Of a stretch of DNA of 64,000 bases, positions 37,664 through 50,500 are shown one piece after another. The stretch spans positions 2,109 through 66,108 of the forward strand of contig NMRA01000205.1 of NCBI GenBank assembly GCA_002633005.1. The letters are read 5' to 3'. The number at the start of each line of letters is the position of its first letter. Positions within the stretch are counted from its first letter, which is position 1. A program made the translations under genes and the position numbers. This DNA is from Phoronis australis. Lineage: Eukaryota; Animalia; Phoronida. The notes beneath the pieces are model-generated. The model did no database searches and was not told where the DNA came from. It saw nothing but the letters and a program-made list of their open reading frames with translations.

Positions 37664-39675
37664 AGTAGAATTTCACCCGATTTAATTAGTCTTTTTTACC
37701 GTCTTAATCGGTATATATCCACATCACCTCGTATACGGTCGATCTTACCTCGCCGAGACTGAGGTGTTGCGTTGTCCTATGAGGAAGGTGATAAACGACG
37801 CAGCAACGTCAATGGTTCTTCTGCAGAGTAAGTGCCGCTATGGTGTGGTGTATCGTTCCCGTTTGTGCAAACTATGAAGTAGCAAGGAAAGCGGGTATAT
37901 CGTTTTTTCGATTTCCTTGAGAACGTATAATGCTTCGGAAGTGGCTCGCGAATGAAGTGAAGAATGAAAAGTATTTTTCATTCTTCACTTGGTATTAAAA
38001 TACCAAGTATGAGGCCGTGAAAAATCTCCGTGTCTGTCATTGGCCGGCATTTCGTCGACAGTGATTTCACTTACCATCGAATGCTGGCTTACCAAACAGC
38101 TCATTCCGGGGCAGAAAAAGAGACTGAGGCTGAAGTCAGACGTTGTGCCTAGTGTGTTTCTGTTCGGCAGGCAGGAGACAAAGAATCGCTGATCGCCGGG
38201 TTGTTGATCAGTTTCTGGTTATGGAGAATTGTAGTTGGCCATAAAAATATAAAAAATTACAATTATTTCAAGGCGTGAGAACATAACTTTTTATATAACC
38301 TGTTTGATGTCAGGCTTCTGTTTGGTCCCCTGGGTGTAGGATGTTTTTCCCAGATCTTTTTCTCAACCCTAAAAACGTCGTAAGCACACCTCTGTTTAGA
38401 TGCGGTGCCAAATTAGGATGGTCCGTGAAACACATCTGCACTTCTCCAAGAAGGCGTTTCACCTGCGGAACTTTTTGGCAGCAGACGCAAGCGTCAGTCG
38501 TTTCCATTATAGTGCAGTTAGATCACTAACACCATGACAAGTCATCAAAACGGTTTTCGAAACTATCCATGTGTTTCATTGTCTGTGCACGCTCACAGAC
38601 TGAGCCTCTTTAGTATTTCATGATCAGTGTATTCCGGGTCGAACTGATAGCCTGTAAAACCTTACGATCGACCTATGAAGTCTTCGTCGGATGAGCACTC
38701 GTCTAATTCGGGAGTGCGAGTTGCCACCTTGACGTTTATTATTGTGCGTTGTGTTTCAAAATGAATTGTTCACACCCTAACCAATGCTTATATAAAACTG
38801 AAACAAAATATGTCTCATTAGATACACTTTGTAATGCCTTGAAGTGCTCGTGAGTGCAAATGTTTTGAGAAGCCAACAATGAATAAATCACTGCGTTATC
38901 GGCTTTAGATGTAATATAGCTAACTGACCGGGCACCGAGGCCGTGTGAGCGCATACTAATTCATTGTTTGCGGACAAAAAGCTGTTGTGAAACAGTAATT
39001 CGATTTTATATCCTATGGTCAGATGTTAGGAGAATCTTTATTTAGATATTCATATGAATTATTTGAATCACTGTTACTTAAATGTTTGCCCAGACGGTTC
39101 TGTGGAAGGGGAACCTGAAGGGTAACCTGGTTCATGGTCGTGATGTCTTCAGTCCAGCTGCGATGGGCCGGGATAGCAAGTGTTTTGTGAGTTTACAACT
39201 GAAAATGAATCGCAAGTCTAAAATTGCAACACACAGATATGTTCTCCTGTCTGTATCTCGCGAACGAATAATTCGAACTTATCAACGAACAGACTCCAAA
39301 CTCACGCGATCGACCTTGGCAAATTGGCCTACCGAACTTCGTACGCTGCGGTACGTTCAAATACCTAAGAATCCGTAACAGCGAACTAAAACAACATGTT
39401 TGTTCAATAATTTGACGTATTTGTAAGGGTTTTACATCGAATTTTGATGATTTATTCGTGTAAAACGATGAATTCAACCAATAAGCTTACGCCAGTAAGC
39501 GTGTTGTGAACTCAGTGCTGAACAGACTGCTTTCGAACCTCTGACGTCATTGGTTAATTTGAACACCTTTGTCTGCTGCCAGGTGTCAGGTAAAAGAGCT
39601 GTACTTGCTGTTATTGAGTGGAACTACTCGATCTAAATTGATGCAAAATATTTTGTTTTTGGGTGTCATTCTCCT
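37664..39675 (+). mobile_element. Kolobok transposon deletion derivative with THAP (+) and KolX/P2X7-C-terminal-like Cys-rich gene (-)
   Basis: TTAA TSD (37660-37663, 39676-39679). TIR AGTAGAATTTCACCC / AGGAGAATGACACCC. THAP MVWCIVPVCAN…GISFFRFP…KWL…LRVC…HF…LRLKSDVVPSVF (37839-38165). Minus strand GYQFDPEY…SWC..SNCTIMETTDACVCC…CFTDHP (38720-38310). Confidence 0.85.
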
Positions 39676-40261
39676 TTAAACAGTGCGAAATGCAACTTCT
39701 AACTAAGTTTTCAGGTACAAAATTAGAAAAGATACTGTTTTGTAATTTTGGCAGCAATAATGTTTACGTTCGAAGATAAAAAAATTAAGTGAAATATACA
39801 AATATCCGTAACACAGCCCGACATAAATTAAGGTAAATAAGTGATATTGGTATACATTACTGCTTTTCTTATGGGAGACATATTGTATCTACATCTGTAA
39901 GTCATAAGTTCTGTACATTTATCCACGAGTAGCATCATCAAGCTGCAAACTAAGTGAAACCTCCAAGCAACAGAAAGTGCGTGCACTTCATTATCGTAGT
40001 TATCACGCAGTAAAAATCGTTTTGGACGTGATTGTAATAAAGCATGGGTTTATTTTAGTTATTCACTGATGCCGTTAGACATATTAGATGCAGAGAGCCT
40101 GTACCAATAAAAAATTCACCGCACCAGTTAACCGTTTTTTATGCTGAACTACTAAGAACCACCCTTAAATATCCAATTCACCGACATTTATGAATGCATG
40201 GAAGCCAATTAACATAAAATCCGGCGAACAAGTACACACTGATATTCTCACATTGCCTATA

Positions 40262-40492
40262 CATGTACATATAAAACGTATATTCTGTATTTAAAGCTGC
40301 ATGTACGTATAAAACGTATATTCTGTATTTAAAGATGCATGTACGTATAAAACGTATATTCTGTATTTAAAGATGCATGTACGTATAAAACGTATATTCT
40401 GTATTTAAAGATGCATGTACATATAAAACGTATATTCTGTATTTAAAGCTGCATGTACGTATAAAACGTATATTCTGTATTTAAAGATGCAT
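40262..40492. repeat. 38-bp minisatellite, ~6 copies
   Basis: Unit TGCATGTACGTATAAAACGTATATTCTGTATTTAAAGA, no spacers. Confidence 0.95.
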
Positions 40493-42303
40493 TTTCCCTG
40501 TTTACCTAAAACAAAAAGTAAACGACACGTACTCATTGCCTATGGCAATCGTCGGCTGACTGGGCCACGATTCAAGATTGGATGAGCTTTGTTTTGTTTT
40601 AGTAAACCGCAACGCACTGTGGTTAATAATTCAACATTGGCAGCTAATCAACAGCTTTAAGCGTAAAAAGTCTAAGGTTGGATTATTAGGAACATTTTGA
40701 TTTTTTTTCTAATTATCAAACGTAGCATGAAGAACATCAACACAACACTGAATATCCGTTCCCTTCCCTTCACAGCCGGCGTGTGCTGGTGCTCCAACAA
40801 AAATGAAATGAAATGAAAGTCGCTATAAGTCGTGATCTGGCGTCGAAAATGACTTTCTTCCTTGTTACATTTGCTGGCTCATAGCAATGGAATAGTGCTC
40901 TTATATTTTGTTCGTCACAATAAAATTATCTTGACCGCGAACAATGTTACGGCGCGGTTGTCACTAACGGTCACGACAAGCGAACCTTAGGACCCGGGTC
41001 TCATAAAATACCAAGCTTTCATTTTTCACAAGTCTAGAAATCGAGGAACACAATGAATTCCATTCTGTGACTGTAAGAGGCGTAAATTGTTTTATTTTAA
41101 TTGTGTCTATTTGAAAAATCGTGCCACTTTGAAAAATAGCAACTGAGTAATAAGGTTTAACGAAAATTCATTGAAAGCAGTAATTCGAGAATTTTTCGTA
41201 TATTAGATAATGAATAATGAGATTGTACGGTGACATTTATTCGCGTTAACGGGGTATCTATCGGTTAACACATGTACTGCACAGCGAGTTACTTGTGGCT
41301 TGAGTGACGTCATGACACTGCTGCAGGGTGACGTTCTTCAATTTGCACATCATTGCGTGCGCATGTACATGTATGCCGATATACGTTGTGTATTAAAACT
41401 TGGCATAGGCGTTTTTTGATGATCGACAATGACTGGAAGTTGTACCGTTAGTGAATTAAAAACAAGTACATTGTAAAATGGCTGACGAAGAGGATGAAGG
41501 CGAAGAAGACGATGAAAGAAAATTATAAGGTTTGTTAAGCGCACCTTGCACTGGAGACTTTACTTTTCATGGGCGGCGTACATTAGAGGGCTGGGAGGCT
41601 ATTGATCCCCACTTTTTCAGTGCTACTCTGCACGTGGTCTATAGGCGGTGCATCACATGGGGGCTGGGGGGGNNNNNNNNNNCCCTCACTTTTTTAAGTG
41701 CTGCGCCGCCCATGCTTTTAGAGGCCCCTAACAGGTGAAAAAACTATTACTTGAACAAAAAGCTCATCATGACCGGGCCGTACGCCAGCTCTGTTCCCTT
41801 GACACCCTGAGTGCAGTCTAGTGACCGCTCAGTGCTGTAGTCTGCGGGTCTGCAGGCACGATGTCAAAACTAGCCACATTCGCGTTTAGCAGGTAGGCCT
41901 AACTGGCTGTCGCGACTGCAATGATTTGTTGGGTATTTCGTCAAGAGGCACCCTTGAAGGAACTGATCGTGAAAAGCTCACCCTATCTGAGAAACTAGAT
42001 CCCTGAGCGTATAACTCTTCCATGTTAACGATTATCCCTGCATGGAGCTAAAGCGTCAAAGGCGACAAAGCCAGTGGCTGCGGATGATAAAGCGGGAGAA
42101 TTTCAACGCCAGTCCGGGTTAAGAAGCTAAAATAAATCTGTTAATTTAAACTAATCAAACAATGGAAGCGGCTGACGTGGGAGTTAATTGCACTGTTTTC
42201 AATTTAATGAATCACCATCAATGTAATAATTGACTTTCTGTCCACCATTTTCGAGCTCTCATTGTCCTATATGGTGCCAATGTGAACAGTACCTTATTGA
42301 AGG

Positions 42304-43383
42304 CAGTAGCGGATCTAGGATATCACAAGGGGTTTCCCAACATTTTGTCTGTAAACATTTGTTCAAAGCTCGGTTGTAGATGCGCATAGCATCGAATGGG
42401 AGAATTTTTTTTTTGTTTTTTCCTCTAAAAATCAAGCATTTTCCTTGATTCCCGAAGTATTATCCAAGATAAAAAGGCAAAAAAAAAAAAAAAAAAAAAA
42501 CGGAGAAAGTGTCAAACAGTAAAAATTGCGAGCGCCACAGACTCGAACTCACGACGTGGCGGATAGAGCGAGCGTGCATTACCAGTGCTCCACCACGATT
42601 TAACTGCCAACTTTATTAAAATACTATGAGACCTAGCTGTTTATGGTCCACAGCGTTTACGCGCGAAACCTCCTTCTTTCGTAATCCTTATTACATGTTT
42701 TAGTTTTGTGCTATAAGTTCGTAACAAATTTATTGTATTTAAAATAGTCTTCAATTGCACAAAAGACCAAATCCGCTTTTTGTGTTGGCAATAATGACGC
42801 GATTGCTTTGGAGAGAGAATTAGGAGTTTCTGAGTGATTCACTAAGGCTTCGATTAAAATTGACATCTTACCAGCAGCTTCTGTTTGTTTATCATCACTC
42901 AGATTCCATTTTCTTTATAAAATGAAGTAATTTTCTTCAATGCNCTTTCGTAATCCTTATTACATGTTTTAGTTTTGTGCTATAAGTTCGTAACAAATTT
43001 ATTGTATTTAAAATAGTCTTCAATTGCACAAAAGACCAAATCCGCTTTTTGTGTTGGCAATAATGACGCGATTGCTTTGGAGAGAGAATTAGGAGTTTCT
43101 GAGTGATTCACTAAGGCTTCGATTAAAATTGACATCTTACCAGCAGCTCCTGTTTGTTTATCATCACTCAGATTCCATTTTCTTTATAAAATGAAGTAAT
43201 TTTCTTCAATGCACAGTGGAGCAGACGACGTCGTCGTGCCCAACGCCACTGCCGGTCGCCTGGGGCTAACCCCCCCTCCCGACCTCCCCCTAGTCGGTGT
43301 TCTTCGCATATAAAATCGTGCTTTGAGCAAATGTTTACAGACAAAATGTTGGCCCCCCTTGTGATATCCTAGATCCGCCTCTG
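42304..43383 (+). mobile_element. MITE with CAG(T/A)RGCGGATCTAGGATATCACAAGGG TIRs (hAT-like ends) and internal tRNA-derived segment
   Basis: TIRs at 42304 and ending 43383. tRNA-like segment on minus at ~42528-42600. Relatives at 34016-34540, 36130-36310 and 22491. No TSD recognised. Confidence 0.7.
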
Positions 43384-43800
43384 AGTATCCAAGGCACCCC
43401 ACTGTGTCGAGCTGGTTAACCCAACAAAGAAACTATTGAAGTGCTTCAATGGAACTTTGATCACGTGGGTTCAAAGTTGTAGGTGGAATCAGTGCAGATG
43501 TATTTTCCTGGTGGCTCTGTCATCAATACAATGAGTAGAAAAAGGTCAGAACACTTTTTTCGCGAGGAAAAAGTTTCCTCACAGACTGAGTGACGCCAAA
43601 ACAAGTCAACGGAAGCAAAACTGAGGCTTGGAGGGACAGTGGGTCCAGACTGGCTAAACAGTTCCCGCAATAGAAAAATGCAACCATAGTTAAAGCATTT
43701 TTGGAAACTGAATGGAACCAGGGAAGTGTTGTGGTCGTTTGAGGAGATGAAATCACAGAAATAGTTTTATAAAGGTATTTTTGAGAGCGAACGCAAAAAG

Positions 43801-44230
43801 TAATAGAAAACGCATTTACAATATGTTGCAACCATTCAGAGAATGTTTGGTTCACCACATGATTATTTGTAAAGAAGAGTGACTTATTCTAACAAGTAAG
43901 TTTAAGCAAGGGCGTGGCTTGCTTAAACTTGGAATTGTACGGGTAGAAAACAATTGCGGCTGCATTCATCGGTGTTTCAAAACTAATAGAAAACGCATTT
44001 ACGTTTTATTGCAACCATGCATTCACAGAATATTTAGTTCACCACAAAATATTTTGTAAAGAAGAAATTAAATTGTTCCAAGTTTAAGCACTGAACGAAG
44101 GGCGTGGCTTGCTTAAACTTGGAACTGGGTACAACAAATCGGAATGCGCTCACTAGAAGTCTTCCGAAATTAATAGAAAATGTATTTAAAATGTATTGAA
44201 ACCAGTTTGTGAATGTTTAGTTCAGCACTT
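43801..44230. repeat. ~185-bp degenerate tandem repeat (2.3 units) upstream of HAUS5
   Basis: TAATAGAAAA(C/T)G(C/T)ATTTA at 43801, 43984, 44171; AAGGGCGTGGCTTGCTTAAACTTGGAA at ~43908 and ~44098. Confidence 0.8.
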
Positions 44231-44579
44231 GATCAAACATCAACCAGGCACTAATTAATTTCAAACGTCAAGCTTCATTTTTATATTGGAATAGGCAACA
44301 ACACAGAAAGTAATACTACTGAAATGGCCACCGTAGCCGTAGGTCTATAACCTTGAATGGCCGGTACATCTATAGGCCCGCTACTGAGGGAACATGTAAT
44401 CGCATTACAGTCCTAAATGATTTTTTATTCCAGTCTAGTCTCGGTACCATGTTACCACCCTCCCCAGATGGCGCTAACTACAAACAGTGATTTTTAGTGC
44501 CCTGAGGTTCGTAAGTTGAGCGGGAATTTTGACAACAGTTGATTTGTTTGACTTTTATGCTTATCAAACAGTGTTTGAG

Positions 44580-47500
44580 ATGTCAAGTATCTCAATAGCT
44601 GAAAGATTTCAACAATGGGCTTTGGGAGATATGAAATATGTTCCCCAGGGAAGGCACGTGCATGCCAGACTACCCTCTGTTCATGATATCGCGGAGTAAG
44701 TTGAGCCTTCTTACCTCAACTCAAGCCTGGCTAATGGCGGGGCTTTGGCCGCTTTGGCCGAGGGAGTCACTTCATTAGGTTTACTACATGTTGAACTAAC
44801 TCTTAAGCAATAAGAAAACTTATGTACAATCATCAAGTGTTGTTCTCGGTTTATCCTTGGTTTGTAGACGTGTTTCCAGTGAGTCTCTCCCTTTGCGTAG
44901 ACAGCACCACCGTCTCAACTCGGACTGAACTGGGCCCCAGCCCAGGCCCAGTATGGCAATATACTATAATATAGTGCCACCGTCCCCACTAAGCAGTAGA
45001 GACGGTAGTAATTGGGGCCGTAGACATTATTGTATAATTTTCGTGGTTCAATGTATTGTTGGAAGTTACTCATCTGTGCGCAATCCTACATTTTTTCTGG
45101 GCATTTCGACAAACGTGTCAAATAGTTAGTTTCACGTTTACGAAAGTGCCGCAGCTCCTGTATTAAGAAAAAAATTGGTAAAGAAAAATTGAAAGTGGTA
45201 AAGCTGTACAAAATCTGCTTGGTGCAGTAAACAAGACATTTTGCTATTCATGCCCAAACAACAAACAATTTTGAAAATGTGAGTTTCAAATACAGTGATT
45301 TAACCCATATCTATAACCTGCTTCTGCATTGCTTAGTTTGGCAATAACTGCGGCTCGCCAATGCGAGTTCAGTTGTATTTGGCAGCCTGGGAAAACTCAA
45401 TAGCTAGGTTGCTTTTAAATTACTAGTACCCATAAATCCACATTCCGTCTGAGAAGCAAACTTGGGATTTATAGCATTTCATTTAAAGCTAAAATTGGTT
45501 TCATCTTGTTCTTCACGTAGGTGAGAAGTGAATGTTCAGTTACAGACAATTTCCTTCTTCCAGACCTGTATGAACACCTTTCAAACACAACTGAGCATGT
45601 GTCGCATCCACAGATCTCTTATCTCTGCTGTCATATTCGGCCAGTAGATAGATTGTCTTGCCCGTCTCAGGCATCCATCTATTCCAAGATGTGAGGAGTG
45701 AATCTTTTCTTTAGTATACGCCTTTGGCTGGCTGGCACCACAACACGTTCACCTCTGAAAATTATACCATCATGTATAGCTAGCTCATCTCTGATAGAGA
45801 AATACGGTTGCGCCAGTGGTGATACTAGTGCCTTTGCGTCAGGCCAGCAATCTTGGATGACTGATTTCAAAGCAGTCAAACTTTGATCATACTCTGTTGC
45901 TCTTCTGATTGCTTCCAGTCAGGAATCAGTTATTGCAACGAACTGTGTGGCATTCACACATTCAAACTCATTCTTGTTGTGCCCCTCTATCGTAGGCACA
46001 TAGGCTCTAGATAAAGTATCTGCGAGATACATTTGCTTCCCTTGGCAGTATGTTACCACTAGATCATACTTTTGAAGTCGCTTCATCATGCCTTGAAGTC
46101 GTTTCGGTGCACAGGCAAGGCTTTTCTTCATGATGCTTTCAAGTGGTTTATGATCGCTAATCACATGGGTTGTTCTCCCAAATGTGTACTGATGGAATTT
46201 CTCCACACTCCAGGTTACCGCGAGCATTTCTTTCTCTAGTTGGGCATAGCGCGTTTCTATGTCACGCAATGCTTTGCTCACAAGGGCTAGCGGCTGACCC
46301 TCTTGAAGCGGTGCCGCTCCAAGTCCAGTCTTACTAGCGTCGCACTGGATCGAAAGTTCTCTCGCCGGGTCATAAAATCTCAGTACAGGTGCCTCTGACA
46401 CAAGTTTCTTCACTTGCGTGAGTGCACTTGCTTGTGCATCGGACCACGTTCACGGCACATTCTTGCGTGTCAACTGCCTAATAGGTTCCATCACATCTGA
46501 CAGTCTAGGTAGGATCTTAGCAAGGTAATTCACAAATCCATTCAGTCGTCTAATGCCTTCAATATCGTTAGGTCTTGGCATTTCTTGTACTGCTGTCACT
46601 TTCGCAGGGTCAGGCTTCAGACCATCTTGTGTGACCATGTGTCCAAGGAATGGTACTGACTTCTGTCATATTCGCATTTTAGCTCGGTTGAGACATATTC
46701 CAACTTCTTTGCACCGCTGAAATAGTTTTTCAAGGTTGTTGTCATGGTCTTTAGTGGCTTCTTCGTCGTTGTTGCCGGATCCATAAATCATCAGGTCATC
46801 CGCAAGGCATACAACTCCTGGTAAGTCACCAACGCAGCTATACAGACGCTTTGCGAACAATTCTCTGCTGACATTTGTACCAAATGGAAGGCATAACCAT
46901 CTAAATATACCATACAGTGTACCGAACGTTGTCAGGTAAGAAGATTCCTCATCAAGCACCACATGCCAATAGCTGGATTTCTGGTCAACAGTCGAGATAA
47001 TTCTTGCTTTCGTCAGCTCTGACAAAACATCATCAAGGGTAGGTAAGTAGAAGTGTTCTCTTTTCAGAGCCTTGTTCAAGGGTCGGGGATCTATGCATAT
47101 TCTGAGATCACCTGTTTTCTTTGTCGCTACCATGAGACTGCTTACCCAATCGGTTGGCTTATTCACGGGCGCTAGTACCTTCTGCTCGGTCAGCTTATCT
47201 AATTCCAGTTTCAATTTAGGCTTCAACATTGCTGGAAGGCGTCTGGCAGGCATAACAACTGGAGTTACGGCAGCATCAACTTCCAGGTGTACCTCATTAT
47301 GTAGTGTTCCAATATCATCATTGAAAATGTCTGCATATTTCTCAAGCAGATCGCCAGGGTTCTCATTGCTACACATATTTTCACTATTCACAGTGATCAG
47401 ACCCATCTGCATGCGTCGGCTCCTAGAATGGACGTCAAATTCTCTGACATCACACAGAATTCGAAGTTGTAGCATCTACCATTGGCAGGATTCTCAATTT

Positions 47501-50500
47501 TGGCTGTACCCTCTCCTAATGGTTTGACTCCTTCTGAACCGTACCACCCGAAAAGCTTCTTCGTTGGGGGCTTTAGCCTCGTTTTAGGAACATACTTAGC
47601 TGGGATTGCATTCACTGATGCACCACAATCTATTTGAAAGCGAATATTCTGTCCGTTCACTTTCATTGTCGCATAGATTAGCTTATCAGACTCGACAGCA
47701 TTTACGCTAACGGAGTTGAGATAGCCGTCATCATTGTCTTCACCAACAGTGTTCACATTGCGTTAGGTTTCCTCTTACAAACAGCCGCAAAGTGATTTCG
47801 GTTGCCGCATGCTGTGCAGGTTTGTCCATTAGTCAAACACAATTCTTTGCTCATAGCATGCACAGAACTGACATTTCTTAATGTTCCTAGCCTGCACTTT
47901 CTTAGGCTTAGTGCGCTTAACTGTGTGGACCTCATTCGCATGTGACATTGATTTCAACCTGGCAGCCGTTGCCTCAGTAGCTCTGCACATGTCAATGCAC
48001 TTGGTCAGGCTCAAATCTTGAACCTCTAACAAAGTTTTTCTCAGTTCATCATTGTCAATGCCCATTATAATTCTGTCTCTGAGCAGGGTGTCTCATGCAG
48101 TCGCAGAATTGACAGTTGCGTGGCAAATGCTGTAGGTTTGTCAAAACATCAAAAGACTCGCGTTGCTGCTTCAAAGAGTTGAACAAATACCTTTCATATG
48201 TGGCGTTAGTCTTTCTAATGATGTAGTCATCAAAGCGTGTAATGGTTGTTGCGACAGTCTTCTCACCATCGAATGTAAAGCCGTTGTAAATTCTCAGAGC
48301 GTCCGTGCCAATGCAGTTTATAAACATTGCCAGTTTTTACTCTTCAGATTGTCCATCGAGCTTTGACAAAAGGGCATAATTAGTCCACTGATGTCTCCAC
48401 AATTCTCACTGTCCGATTCTGTCAGAAGCGGACAAATCCAGTGTCTGTGGCGGTTTGATTGCGGGTAGGAATTTGTCAGTTCCTTCGGCCATGTCGGTAT
48501 CGTTGTAAAATGTCTCCAACACTAGAATCAGTGTTCCACTGGCTTTAACTCTAAAACCAATAAGCTCGCTGCCACCATGTATGAACACCTCTTTCAAACA
48601 CAACTCTGTGTTACGGTTTTACGTGGGTATATTCTAGAGATCTACAAGATACATCTACCGGGGTATTCACTATGCTGTCCAACTCTCAACTGAAAACTTG
48701 TTTGTCAGAACTAGAGATCATATGCTCATGAGTCATAATCAGATTTCAGAGAATTGTTTTTCACAACTTACACAATCTATGATTCTAGCTACCAGTGCCA
48801 TATAAGGTTATGTTTTGAACTCTGCAAGTTTAATGAAAACCACGAACATAACAAGACCCAGTACCTCGCATGTTCACAATACCCCTCGCATGTTCACAGT
48901 ACCCCTCGCATGTTCACAGTGCCCCTCGCNCGCATGTTCACAGTACCCCTCCCATGTTCACAGTACCCCTCCCATGTTCACAGTACCCCTCCCATGTTCA
49001 CAGAACCCTTTGCATGTTCACCTATTGATGCATGAACAGATGATCATCACACGTTGCCTGTGTATTTTTCTATTTCTTGCCAAACGGTTAATATAGTATT
49101 TTGAGTGTTTGCACTGATGTGTTTATGTTGCAACTTGGACTTGGATGCTTACCGGGTCACCAAAAAATCAGAGATTTCACTGAGCCCAGTTTGGCTATTG
49201 TTGCTACTGTTAAAAATTGGGTTTATAGTAGTTTTTATTTTGCTTGAGAACCATTGTCTGTGTTATTCCTGTTTTGGAGTTCAATAATAATAGTTCTTTT
49301 AGAGAGTTTTTCTTCCCTAAATAAATAATGATTGCACCACAAAGTGAGGGATGTTTGGGCACATTTTGTGCTATGGAACTTCTTTGTTGTCAGTCGAAAT
49401 GTTGGTGATACCATGACTTAAATGGGCACAATTTGTCGTTTCAGCGTATGCCGCGGTCAGAATATCGACATCTGGAGGTTTTTGGTGGACAGAGTATATC
49501 CAGCTCAGTAAGTTAACATTGTCTTGTGTCCTCCCCTAGAGGAGGTGCCACTCTCCTAAATTACTAATTTCAGTTTCCGGTTAATGTATTGTGACGGGAA
49601 ATTTTTGCATCTATTTTACCGTCCAGTACAAGGAAAAAACAATTTTGGCATTGAAACTATGTTCAAATTCTTCAAATAATAGAACTATTGGTATCGTGAG
49701 TACTTTTGGCACCCGACCACACAACAGCCAACCATGAATTGCAGACGTTGTACTTGCCCTCTGTAAAACTTGCTAATTTTGCCAGGTGTCGCTAGTGAAT
49801 AACGTCACGGCTTATGCATAAGATCACAGATTTTGTCCATTGAAAATATGCGGAGTTGGCGGTCCAGGTACTATAGTCTATGGTCAAACCCATTCTGTCA
49901 CCTGGTGCAGTGACATTAAAACTTGCATTTTTATAACTATATTGCTAAAAAGAAACAGTTTGACCAATCATCAACACAGGGCCAAGAGAATTTAAGACTA
50001 TAGGACATTGGGCAATAGTCTACTCAGGGCCAAGAGAATACAAGACTACAGGATATTGGGCAATAGTCTACACAGGACGAAGAGAATATAAGACTATAGG
50101 ATATACGGTAATAGTCTACACAGGGCCAAGAAAATATAAAACCACAGGATATTGGGCAATAGTCTACACAGGACCAAGAGAATATAAGACTATAGGAAAT
50201 TGGGCAATAGTCTACACAGGGCCAAGAGAATATAAGACTATAGGATATTGGGCAATAGTCTACACAGGGCCAAGAGAATATAAGACTATAGGATATTGGG
50301 CAATAGTCTACACAGGGCCAAAAGAATATAAGACTACAGGATATTGGGAAATAATCTACACAGGGCCAAGAAAATATAAGACCACAGGATATTGGGCAAT
50401 AGTCTACACAGGACCAAGAGAATATAAGACTATAGGAAATTGGGCAATAGTCTACACAGGGCCAAGAGAATATAAGACTATAGGATATTGGGCAATAGTC

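Noticed and set aside
38310-38507. P2X7 purinoceptor gene
   Set aside because: Only the Cys-rich C-terminal-like domain is present, with stops, inside Kolobok TIRs; it is the transposon accessory gene.
40262-40492. CRISPR-like periodic 38-bp repeats (also the 48-bp and 20-bp arrays)
   Set aside because: Units are contiguous with no unique spacers, no cas genes are present and the context is eukaryotic; these are minisatellites.
42677-43212. Near-identical ~267-bp tandem duplication
   Set aside because: The copies are separated by a single N at 42944, most likely an unmerged contig overlap or haplotype artefact.
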